Source: Planctomycetota bacterium (GTDB taxonomy: Bacteria > Planctomycetota > Phycisphaerae > Phycisphaerales > UBA1924). Taken from it: a stretch of 54,401 bases of DNA. Location of the stretch: the NCBI GenBank assembly GCA_003696725.1, contig RFGI01000055.1:1-54401 (forward strand), read 5' to 3'. This document shows, piece by piece, positions 36,786 to 44,840 of the stretch. Position numbers and translations under genes: made by a program. Positions within the stretch are counted from its first letter, which is position 1. Each line of letters opens with the position of its first letter. A model generated the notes under the pieces. The model was not told where the DNA came from. It saw only the letters and a list, made by a program, of their open reading frames with translations, and did not search any database.

Positions 36786-37394
36786 TCAGGCCCTGAGGGC
36801 GCCCTCATCGATCCCCAGAAACTCGCGCATGTGCTGGTCGTACGCCGCCGCGTCTTCCGGGCGGGAGAGGTCCAGGCGGAGTTCGTTGATGACCTTGGTC
36901 CCCTGGCCGATCCATTCGCGCCACGTCTCGGCGGAGATGTGCTCGTAGATCCACTCGCCGACGGGCCCGGGCAGGGGCGGCCTCGGGAGCTTCGTCCCGG
37001 GCCGGCCGGTGCGCTGGCAGACGAACGAGCCCTCGGGCGCGGCCGGATCGGCGGCGCTCTCGACCTCCGGCACGGGCCGGCCGATCTGACGCAGCAGGTC
37101 GGCCATCGCGTGGCGCGGCATCTGATCCCCACGCTCGGCGGCGACGGTGTAGCCGCGCGTCAGGGTGTCGGCGGCGCGGTCCAGGTCGCCCGTTTCGATC
37201 AGGCTCGCCGCGGCGAGCTGATACGCCTTGCTGAACCCGGGATTGAGCTCCACACAACGGAGGTAGGCGCGGGCCGCGTCGTCGTGTCGGCCGGCCTGGG
37301 CGTAGGCCCCGCCCAGGCTGAAGTGGGCCATGTCGTTGGTCGGGTCGGCCCGGCACATGTTCTCGAACTGGGCGATGCGGGTCTCGGTGTCCAT
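36786..37394 (-). CDS. fusion of an N-terminal TPR module with a C-terminal YggX-like Fe(2+)-trafficking/oxidative-damage-protection domain
   Basis: 202 aa from ATG 37394, with GAGGAG upstream. Residues 1 to about 105 form TPR-like repeats (AHFSLGGAYAQAGRHDDAARAYLRCVELNP). The C-terminus FVCQRTGRPG...PGPVGEWIYEHISAETWREWIGQGTKVINELRLD resembles E. coli YggX. Confidence 0.8.
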   Translation of the reverse strand: MDTETRIAQFENMCRADPTNDMAHFSLGGAYAQAGRHDDAARAYLRCVELNPGFSKAYQLAAASLIETGDLDRAADTLTRGYTVAAERGDQMPRHAMADLLRQIGRPVPEVESAADPAAPEGSFVCQRTGRPGTKLPRPPLPGPVGEWIYEHISAETWREWIGQGTKVINELRLDLSRPEDAAAYDQHMREFLGIDEGALRA

Positions 37395-37557
37395 CGTGGC
37401 TCCTCGGCGTCGTCGGCCTCTTCGACCAGCATAGGGGCCGCGCCATCGGGATTGGGCGCCGACGAGCAGCGCCCACGGGTGTGAGCGATCCCGTCGATGT
37501 GGAGATCGCGGCCCGGCGCGACCCCCCGCCTCGGGGCTGTGTTCTATCCTCTCGACG

Positions 37558-38532
37558 ATGACCCGCCCCGCGGACGACGAGAGATTGGCGGTGGACCTGG
37601 CCGGCCTCCGGCTGCGCAGCCCCGTCCTCCTGGCCGCGGGGACGGCCGGGTACGCCGACGAACTGGCCGACGCGATCGACCTGCGCCGCGTCGGGGGCGT
37701 CGTCACCAAGTCCATCACCGCCGAGCCTCGGGCCGGCAATGAAACGTGGCGCGTCGCCGAGGTTCCCGGCGGGATGCTCAACGCGATCGGGCTGGCCAAC
37801 GTCGGCGCCGACCGGTTCCGCGACGAGATCGCTCCGCGCCTGTCCGCGGCGCCCGCCACGGTGATCGGCTCGATCGCGGGGCACTCGGCCGAGGAATACG
37901 CGCGGGTGGCGCGGATGTTCGACGCGATCGACACCGTCCCCGCGGTGGAGGTCAACGTCTCGTGCCCGAACGTCGCCGACGGGTCGGTGTTCGGCGAGGC
38001 GCCCGACGCCCTGGGCCGGCTCGTCGCGGCGCTGCGCCCCGCGCTGGCGCGGACCAAGCTGATCGTGAAGCTCCCGCCGGCGGCCGGAGGAGACGGCCCG
38101 GCGGCGTCGATCGTGTCGCTGGCCCGCGCCGCGATCGACGCCGGCGCCGACGGGTTGACCATCGCCAACACCATCCCCGCGATGGCCGTTGATCCGGAGA
38201 CCCGAGAGCCGCTGCTGGCCAACGTCACGGGCGGGCTGAGCGGGCCAGCGGTCCACCCTGTCATCGTGCGGCTGGTGCACCTGGCCCATAGGCATGCGGC
38301 GCGCCAGTCGCAGGTCCCGATCATCGCGGTGGGGGGCGTGGTCTCCTGGCGTCAGGCCGCCGAGTTCATCCTCGTTGGGGCCAGCGCGGTCCAGGTGGGG
38401 ACGGCGACCTTCGCCGATCCGCGCGCCCCGCTGAAGATCCTCAGCGGGCTGGGCCGGTGGGTGCGCCGGCAGGGCGTGGCGTCGGTGATGGATCTCGTCG
38501 GCGCCGTGCGCCTGCCCGGTGGGGCGCGATGA
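37558..38532 (+). CDS. pyrD: dihydroorotate dehydrogenase (class 1-type catalytic subunit)
   Basis: SPVLLAAGT, NAIGLANVG, NVSCPN and IIAVGGV motifs. Confidence 0.92.
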   Translation: MTRPADDERLAVDLAGLRLRSPVLLAAGTAGYADELADAIDLRRVGGVVTKSITAEPRAGNETWRVAEVPGGMLNAIGLANVGADRFRDEIAPRLSAAPATVIGSIAGHSAEEYARVARMFDAIDTVPAVEVNVSCPNVADGSVFGEAPDALGRLVAALRPALARTKLIVKLPPAAGGDGPAASIVSLARAAIDAGADGLTIANTIPAMAVDPETREPLLANVTGGLSGPAVHPVIVRLVHLAHRHAARQSQVPIIAVGGVVSWRQAAEFILVGASAVQVGTATFADPRAPLKILSGLGRWVRRQGVASVMDLVGAVRLPGGAR

Positions 38533-38924
38533 CCGACGCCGAGCGCGCCCGCTTCGACGCCCTGGTGGAGGAGGCGATCGGGTCTCTGCCCCCGCCGCTG
38601 CGCGAGCTCCTGGAGGAGGCGCCGGTGATCGTCGACGATCGGCCTTCGCCTGAGATGCTGCGGTCGATGGGGCTGCCGTCGGGGGAGCCGTTGTGCGGCC
38701 TGCACACCGGGGTGGCCCTGACGGAGCGGTCCGTCGAGCACTCGGGCGTCCCGACGGACGTCATCCACCTCTTCCGCGAGGGGATCGTCCGCGCAGCCGG
38801 GGGCTGGCGCCAGCCGGACGCCGACGACGCGGTGTACGACGAGATCGAGATCACCCTGCTGCACGAGATCGGGCATCACTTCGGGCTTGACGAGGATGAT
38901 CTCGAGGCCCTCGGGTACGGCTGA
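38529..38924 (+). CDS. minimal zinc metallopeptidase (DUF1025/zinicin-like, HExxH)
   Basis: 131 aa with an ATGA overlap to pyrD. The motif is LLHEIGHHFGLDEDDLE. Confidence 0.85.
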   Translation: MTDAERARFDALVEEAIGSLPPPLRELLEEAPVIVDDRPSPEMLRSMGLPSGEPLCGLHTGVALTERSVEHSGVPTDVIHLFREGIVRAAGGWRQPDADDAVYDEIEITLLHEIGHHFGLDEDDLEALGYG

Positions 38925-39041
38925 CGGGCGCCGCCGGCGTGCGGCCGGGCCCTACAATCGGCGGCTGTTCGTGCCGATACGTGACCCGCGCGCCCGCGGT
39001 CCGGGCGCCAGGCCCCGTGCGAAGGAGTGTGCCCCGTGCCG

Positions 39042-40847
39042 ATGCGTCCGCCCGCGTTTCTCATCGTGTTGGCCTCGATCCTGAGCGCCTGGGCGCCCGC
39101 GCGCCAGGCGACGGCCCAGGCGTCGGTCGGGTGGATCGAGATCGAGGGCGCCCTCGCGGACAAGCCGAGCCCGTTCGGCTGGCTGATGGGCGAGCCCGAG
39201 CCGACGCTCCTGGACGTGGTCGCCGGGATCGACGCCGCGGCCGATCGCGACGACGTCGACGCGCTCCTGCTGCGCTTGCGCGAGCCGGCGCTGACCATGA
39301 CGCAGGTCGAGGAGATGGCCCGCGCCGTGGCGCGTGTGCGCGACGCCGGCAAGCCGGTCCACCTCTTCACCGAGATCTACGGGCCGGCGGAGCTGGCGCT
39401 TGGCGCGGCGTGCGACGAGGTCATCCTCCAGGAGGGCGGCGCCGTCTCCTTCCCGGGCCTGCACGTCGAGGAGATGTTCCTCGCGGACACGCTGGCGTGG
39501 CTCGGCCTGAAGATGGATTACGTGCAGATCGGCAAGTACAAGGGCGCCGAGGAACAACTCGGGCGCAGCGCGCCGTCCGAGGCGTGGGACGAGAACATCT
39601 CGCAGCTGCTGGACTCGCTGTACGACGCCATGCGGGCGCCGATCCTCGCGGGCCGGGGGCTGACCGAGCGCCGGCTGGACCGGGCGATGCAGGAGGCGTT
39701 CTTCGCCTCGGGCCGGCGGGCCATCGACGCCGGACTCATCGACGCGGAGGTCGACCGCCTGGACCTGCCGGCGCATCTGGAGCACGCCTACGGCGGCGCG
39801 ATCACCTATCGCTCGAACCTGCTGCCCGACGGGCGGTCGGGCCCCGGCGCCGACGCCCTGGCCAACCCGTTCGCCATCTTCCAGCTGCTGGCCTCGGAGC
39901 CCGACACCGGGCCGACGCGCCCGACCATCGCCGTGCTTGACATTGACGGACCCATCGTCGACGGCGAGTCGCAGCCGGCGGGCCTCTTGGGCGGCGCCAG
40001 CGTGGGCAGCCTGACCATCCGCGAGGCGCTCAAGCGGATCGAGGACGAGCCGCTGATCAAGGGCGTGGTGGTTCGGATCAACTCCCCGGGCGGGTCGGCG
40101 ATCGCGTCCGAGTCGATCTGGCTGGGGCTGCGCCGCGTCGCCGAGGCCAAGCCCGTGTGGGTGAGCGTGGGCTCGATGGCGGCCAGCGGGGGGTACTACA
40201 TCGCCGTCGGCGGGGAGAAGATCTACCTGTGCCCGTCGAGCATCGTCGGGTCCATCGGCGTGGTGGGGGGCAAGCTCGTCATGGGCGGCGCGTACCAGAA
40301 ACTCAGCGTGAACGTGGTCCCGCGCGACCGCGGGCCGGCGGCCGGCCTGATGAGCACCCTCGAGCCGTGGACCGACTCCCAGCGCGAGCTGATCCGCGAG
40401 CGCATGACCGAGACGTACGACCTGTTCGTCTCCCGGGTCCAGGCCGGACGACCCGGGATCGACATCGACAAGACGGCCGAGGGTCGGCTCTTCGCGGGCC
40501 AGCGGGCGATCGAGATGGGCCTGGCCGATGAGATCGGCGGTCTCGATGATGCGATCCGCGATCTGGCCGCCCGGGCGGGGCTGGCCGAGGGCGCCTACGA
40601 CGTGATGCACTACCCGGGCCCGAAATCGATCCAGGAGCTCATCGAGCAGTCGCTGGGCGGGTTCGGGCTCTCGGCGCCCGGGGCGCGGGGCGACCGCGGC
40701 GGCGGGTTGGACCTGGCCGTCGCGGCGATGCGGGAGCTCGTCGGCCCGCGCGCCTGGCCCGGCCTGCGCGACGCGATGGCGGCGCTGTGGACGCTCAGGA
40801 CCGAGCCGGTGACGCTGACGGCGCCGCGGGTCCTGCTCCGGCGCTGA
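39042..40847 (+). CDS. sppA: signal peptide peptidase SppA, 67K (two-domain) type
   Basis: It has a signal peptide, duplicated ClpP-like domains and the catalytic Ser context GSMAASGGYYIA. ATG 39042 lies 14 nt after GAAGGAG, and GTG 39027 is an alternative start. Confidence 0.9.
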   Translation: MRPPAFLIVLASILSAWAPARQATAQASVGWIEIEGALADKPSPFGWLMGEPEPTLLDVVAGIDAAADRDDVDALLLRLREPALTMTQVEEMARAVARVRDAGKPVHLFTEIYGPAELALGAACDEVILQEGGAVSFPGLHVEEMFLADTLAWLGLKMDYVQIGKYKGAEEQLGRSAPSEAWDENISQLLDSLYDAMRAPILAGRGLTERRLDRAMQEAFFASGRRAIDAGLIDAEVDRLDLPAHLEHAYGGAITYRSNLLPDGRSGPGADALANPFAIFQLLASEPDTGPTRPTIAVLDIDGPIVDGESQPAGLLGGASVGSLTIREALKRIEDEPLIKGVVVRINSPGGSAIASESIWLGLRRVAEAKPVWVSVGSMAASGGYYIAVGGEKIYLCPSSIVGSIGVVGGKLVMGGAYQKLSVNVVPRDRGPAAGLMSTLEPWTDSQRELIRERMTETYDLFVSRVQAGRPGIDIDKTAEGRLFAGQRAIEMGLADEIGGLDDAIRDLAARAGLAEGAYDVMHYPGPKSIQELIEQSLGGFGLSAPGARGDRGGGLDLAVAAMRELVGPRAWPGLRDAMAALWTLRTEPVTLTAPRVLLRR

Positions 40848-41685
40848 CGTCGCCGCCGGGCCCGCGGTCGGCGGGCGTCTCGCGGTCGACCCAGGACCGG
40901 TCGGGCTCGTAGCCGAACTCGATCAGGGCGTCGCCCGCGAGCCGGTCGAAGAGCCGGCGGCACTCGAGATCGAAGTAGTTCTTCCAGTCGCCGACCACGC
41001 CCTTTCGGATGAAGGACGTTCGGTCCTCCTCGCCGGCGGTCCGGCCGGTCTGCCGCTGCATCGAGTGCTTCTCGACCGTGACGCCGACGAGCCAGGGGTC
41101 GGGGTCGGCGCCGGTCAGGGCGCGCAGGATCCGGGTCAGCTCACCGGCCGTGTCGGCGCGGAGGGCCTCGTAGGACGTGTGCGTGACGCCCGGGCAGGCC
41201 CGCCAGCCGCGCACGTGCTCGGCCCAGACAGCGTGCCGGCTGCGGCCCGGGGTGTGCACAAACTCGATCAGGCGCGGCATCATGGCGCGGGCGTCGTCGA
41301 TGGCGACCCCCGGGCCCGCGAGCCGCTCGAGCAGCCGGCGGCGCGGGCCGGCGACCGGGTCGCCGGGTGTCGTGGCCCGGCGTAAAATATGAAAATATAA
41401 TGACACGGCGACGTCGCGCCCGTCCCGCGTCAGGTACACCACGTTCGGCAGCCGGGGGTCGGCGGGCCAGTGGCCGTGCAGGACCGCCGGCATGGCGATC
41501 GGCAGCAGGCTGTGCCTCGGGAGCGGCAACCGCAGGCAGTCGGCGAGCATCTGGCTGAGCCACGTCCCGCCGCACTTGGCCGGCTCGATCACGCAGTGCA
41601 TCGGGAACCCCGCGCCCCACCGCCGGGCGATGCGGCGGGTCAGCCGCGTGGACGCGACGCGCAGGATGTGCCGGGGGCTGGGCAT
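40795..41685 (-). CDS. PAPS-dependent sulfotransferase family protein
   Basis: The 5'-PSB-like motif is PAKCGGTWL, and the 3'-PB-like motif is YLTRDGRDVAVSLYFH. The C-terminal approximately 17 codons overlap the convergent sppA 3' end. Confidence 0.82.
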   Translation of the reverse strand: MPSPRHILRVASTRLTRRIARRWGAGFPMHCVIEPAKCGGTWLSQMLADCLRLPLPRHSLLPIAMPAVLHGHWPADPRLPNVVYLTRDGRDVAVSLYFHILRRATTPGDPVAGPRRRLLERLAGPGVAIDDARAMMPRLIEFVHTPGRSRHAVWAEHVRGWRACPGVTHTSYEALRADTAGELTRILRALTGADPDPWLVGVTVEKHSMQRQTGRTAGEEDRTSFIRKGVVGDWKNYFDLECRRLFDRLAGDALIEFGYEPDRSWVDRETPADRGPGGDVSAGAGPAAPSASPARS

Positions 41686-41709
41686 GGCTCTGTGATCGCG
41701 CCGCGGCGC

Positions 41710-43299
41710 TCAGGGCGGAGTGTACCCATCGCGCCGCGCCCGCATCCGGCCCCGCGCGTACCCGATGAGCCGGCGGCGTTCGGCGCCGGTCATCACGAGG
41801 ATCGGCACGAGCGCCGCGTACACCGCCGCGTAGGCCAGGCCGCTCGCCGCCAGCCCCAGGGCGCGGCTGCCCAAGGCCTCGTCCAGCCACGGCCGCGCGA
41901 GCAGGATCGGCGCGGGCAGCGCCGCGGCGATCGCGGGCATGAGCAGCGGCGCGTAGAACGAGCCGAGCCCGACCCCCAGACGCTTGGCCCCCAGCGCCGG
42001 CGCCGCGACGCAGTGGAACGCCAGGATCAGCGCCGCGTAGCTCCACCCGACCGCGGTGAACGCCCAGCCGTCGGGCAGCGCGACGATAAGGATGATCGTC
42101 AGCGCGGGGCTCAGGGCGCCGCCGAAAAGGATCATCTTGGCGTAGCTGCGCACGTGCCCCGCGCCGTACAGGATGCGGAGCCAGCCGTCGGAGATGGCCC
42201 GCGCCGCGATCCCGACCATCAGGATCCGGGCCAGGATCGACGCGGGGCCGAGCACGGCTTCGGGGTCGTCCACGTGGGCGCCGACCCACACCTCCAGGAG
42301 CCCCGGGGCCAGGGCGATCACCACGAGGCTCAAGGGCAGCATGACGACGGCCTGGCCGCGCGTCGCGTGGCGCAGCAGCGACCGCAGCCGATCGGCCCGG
42401 CCCGTCTCGGCCAGCCTCGCCGAGGACGCGTCCACGCCGAAGACCATCCCGATCGAGGCCATGCGCGCGTAGGCGACCAGCCGGAACGCCAGCCCGAAGA
42501 CCGCGTTGCCCCACACGCCGAAGGCGATGTTCATGATGATCGCGGAGACGCGGTCGTGCATGCTGGTGGCGAGGATCACGCCGCTGTTCCAGCCGAACGT
42601 CCCCGCGACGTCGCGCAGCGCCCGTCGGCTCGCCCCGCGGAAGCCCGGGGCCAGCGCGCGATCGCTCCGCACGAGCAGGAGCGTCAGGGCGGTCAGGGCG
42701 GCCAGGTTCAGGACCGCGGGGATCACGCCGAAGAGCGCCACCCCGCGCGCCGCGTCGCCCGTCCCGAGCACGACGAAGAGGACCACGGCGCCGATGAGCT
42801 CGTTGGCGCGCAGCGTGACGGTGAACGTGTTGAAGACCGCGAAGGACTCGCGGACGATGTACATCGAACAGACGGGGCGCATGAGCGCCATGCACGTCTG
42901 CCACGCGCCGCGCGCGACGATGAACACCCGGGCCGCCCAGGCCATCTCGGGCTCGATCCGCAGGAGCGGGACGACGAGGAACACGATCAGAAACGTCGCC
43001 GCGGTCAGGCCGGCCATCGCCGCCGAGACCACGTACGCGGCGCGGTGGGCGTCCAGGAAACGCTCCCGATCGGTCGCGTGCCACTGGGCCAGCTCGCGGA
43101 CGAGGCTCTGGCGGCCGAAGTCGTCGAACATGCTGCCCAGCCCGATCGCCGAGGCCAGCAGCGCGATGAGCCCGAACCCGTCCGGCCCGAGCCAGGCGAA
43201 CTGCACACGCGTCAGGGCCACCCCGATGGCGAACGTCATCGCCAGACGGGCGTAGTTCGCCGCGACACGCGAGATCTGCCGCCGGGCCTCCGAGGTCAT
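41710..43299 (-). CDS. polysaccharide/oligosaccharide flippase (MOP/Wzx-like, about 12-14 TM)
   Basis: 529 aa from ATG 43299, polytopic, with a Wzx-like N-terminus (ISRVAANYARLAMTFAIGVALTRV). It lies 24 nt upstream of the sulfotransferase on the same strand. Confidence 0.8.
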   Translation of the reverse strand: MTSEARRQISRVAANYARLAMTFAIGVALTRVQFAWLGPDGFGLIALLASAIGLGSMFDDFGRQSLVRELAQWHATDRERFLDAHRAAYVVSAAMAGLTAATFLIVFLVVPLLRIEPEMAWAARVFIVARGAWQTCMALMRPVCSMYIVRESFAVFNTFTVTLRANELIGAVVLFVVLGTGDAARGVALFGVIPAVLNLAALTALTLLLVRSDRALAPGFRGASRRALRDVAGTFGWNSGVILATSMHDRVSAIIMNIAFGVWGNAVFGLAFRLVAYARMASIGMVFGVDASSARLAETGRADRLRSLLRHATRGQAVVMLPLSLVVIALAPGLLEVWVGAHVDDPEAVLGPASILARILMVGIAARAISDGWLRILYGAGHVRSYAKMILFGGALSPALTIILIVALPDGWAFTAVGWSYAALILAFHCVAAPALGAKRLGVGLGSFYAPLLMPAIAAALPAPILLARPWLDEALGSRALGLAASGLAYAAVYAALVPILVMTGAERRRLIGYARGRMRARRDGYTPP

Positions 43300-43639
43300 C
43301 GGCCGGGCCCCGGCAGTCGGTCGCCTTCGTTTCCCGCGGCGATCACGATGTGGCAGTGTGGGGGACGCGTCACGGGAAGATCGGGTTGGGACCAGCGGCG
43401 CCGTCACGCCCGGCGTCGTCAGGGCCCCGGCGCCGGCGGCGAATCTACCGCCATCGGATCGGAAGTATCGACGGTCGGCCTGAGCCGACCCTTTCCCGGG
43501 CCGCGTGGGGCCGGGCGGACCGGCCGCGTCCGGGCGGCGCGCCCGCCACCGGCCCGGACGGGTCCGATACGATCCGCCCGCGCGCCGCGTCACCCGATGG
43601 GCTCGAGCCCGGGCTCGCGCGGACGCCGATGGACTCGCC

Positions 43640-44824
43640 ATGCCCGACGATGATCAGTCTCAGCGCCCGCCCATCGTCCACGTGTTCGGGCGGATGCGTC
43701 TAGCCGACGGGGGCGTGGTGCGGGCCATCGCGGACCTGTGCGACGCCGTGGCCCACGCCGGCCGCGACGTGGTCCTGCTGAGCGCCGATTGCGACGAGCC
43801 GGGCGTGCTCTGGCCCAACAAGAGCGACCGGCTGCGCGTGGTCCGCCTGCCGAGGCCGATCCGGCCCGTCGGCGCTGTGCCCGCCGAGGCCGTCGATGCA
43901 CTTGCCGGCGCCGGGGTTATTCACCTGCATTCGACGTGGGAGATCGGGCACCCGGTCGTGGCCCGGGCGGCGCGCCGGCTGGGAATCCCCTACGTCCTGA
44001 CGGCGCACGGCATGCTCGACGAATGGTGCATGCGGCAGCGGCGGGCCAAGAAGATCGCCTACCTCGCCCTGGCCGGCCGGCGTTTGATCGAGCGCGCCGA
44101 CGCCTTCCACTGCACCACGCGGGCGGAGATGGACCAGGCCCTGCGCTGGGCGCCGAGGGCCCGCCGGGTCGTGATCCCGCCGGTCTTCGACGCCGGCGAG
44201 TACACCGACCTGCCGGGCGCCGGGCCGGCCCGTCGGCGGTGGCCCGACGCCGTGACCGACGCTCGGCCGGCGGCGCTGTTCCTGGGCCGGGTCCACCCGC
44301 AGAAGGGGCCGGACCTGTTCATCGAGGCCGTCGCCAAGCTGCGCGCCAGCGGCATCGACGCCGACGCCCTCATCGCCGGCCCGGGCGAGGACGCGTACCT
44401 CGATCACCTGCGGGGCCTGGCCGAGCGCCTGGGCGTGGCGGACCGCGTCCACCTGCTGGGGCTCGTCCGGGGCCGAGAGAAGGTCTCGCTGTACGAGCAC
44501 GCGAGCGTGTTCGCGCTGCCCACGGCGACGGAGAGCTTCGGCTACGTGTACTTCGAGGCGCTCGCCGCGGGGACGCCCGTCGTCACGACGCGAGGCGTGG
44601 ACGCCTGGCCCGAACTGGAATCGAGCGGTGGGGCGGCGCTGGTCGAGCGGACCGCCGAGGCCTTCTCCGACGCGATCCGGGCGCTCCTGACGGACGACGA
44701 TCGGCGCGCGGCGATGGGCCGGGCAGGCCGGGCGTGGACGTTGGACCGATTCGCCCCGGGCCGGGTGGTGGGCGAATACCTGGATCTGTACGACCGGCTG
44801 ATGGCCGGGCGGCAGAAGGATTGA
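43640..44824 (+). CDS. glycosyltransferase family 4 (GT-B)
   Basis: 394 aa with the C-terminal ESFGYVYFEALAAGTPVV (E-x7-E) motif. It is divergent from the flippase gene. Confidence 0.88.
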   Translation: MPDDDQSQRPPIVHVFGRMRLADGGVVRAIADLCDAVAHAGRDVVLLSADCDEPGVLWPNKSDRLRVVRLPRPIRPVGAVPAEAVDALAGAGVIHLHSTWEIGHPVVARAARRLGIPYVLTAHGMLDEWCMRQRRAKKIAYLALAGRRLIERADAFHCTTRAEMDQALRWAPRARRVVIPPVFDAGEYTDLPGAGPARRRWPDAVTDARPAALFLGRVHPQKGPDLFIEAVAKLRASGIDADALIAGPGEDAYLDHLRGLAERLGVADRVHLLGLVRGREKVSLYEHASVFALPTATESFGYVYFEALAAGTPVVTTRGVDAWPELESSGGAALVERTAEAFSDAIRALLTDDDRRAAMGRAGRAWTLDRFAPGRVVGEYLDLYDRLMAGRQKD

Positions 44825-44840
44825 GCGCGCCGCGCGCCCG

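Noticed and set aside
36786-38324. A 512-aa ORF containing the TPR-YggX sequence.
   Set aside because: The N-terminal approximately 310 aa are antisense to pyrD. ATG 37394, with a GAGGAG Shine-Dalgarno, gives a coherent 202-aa protein.
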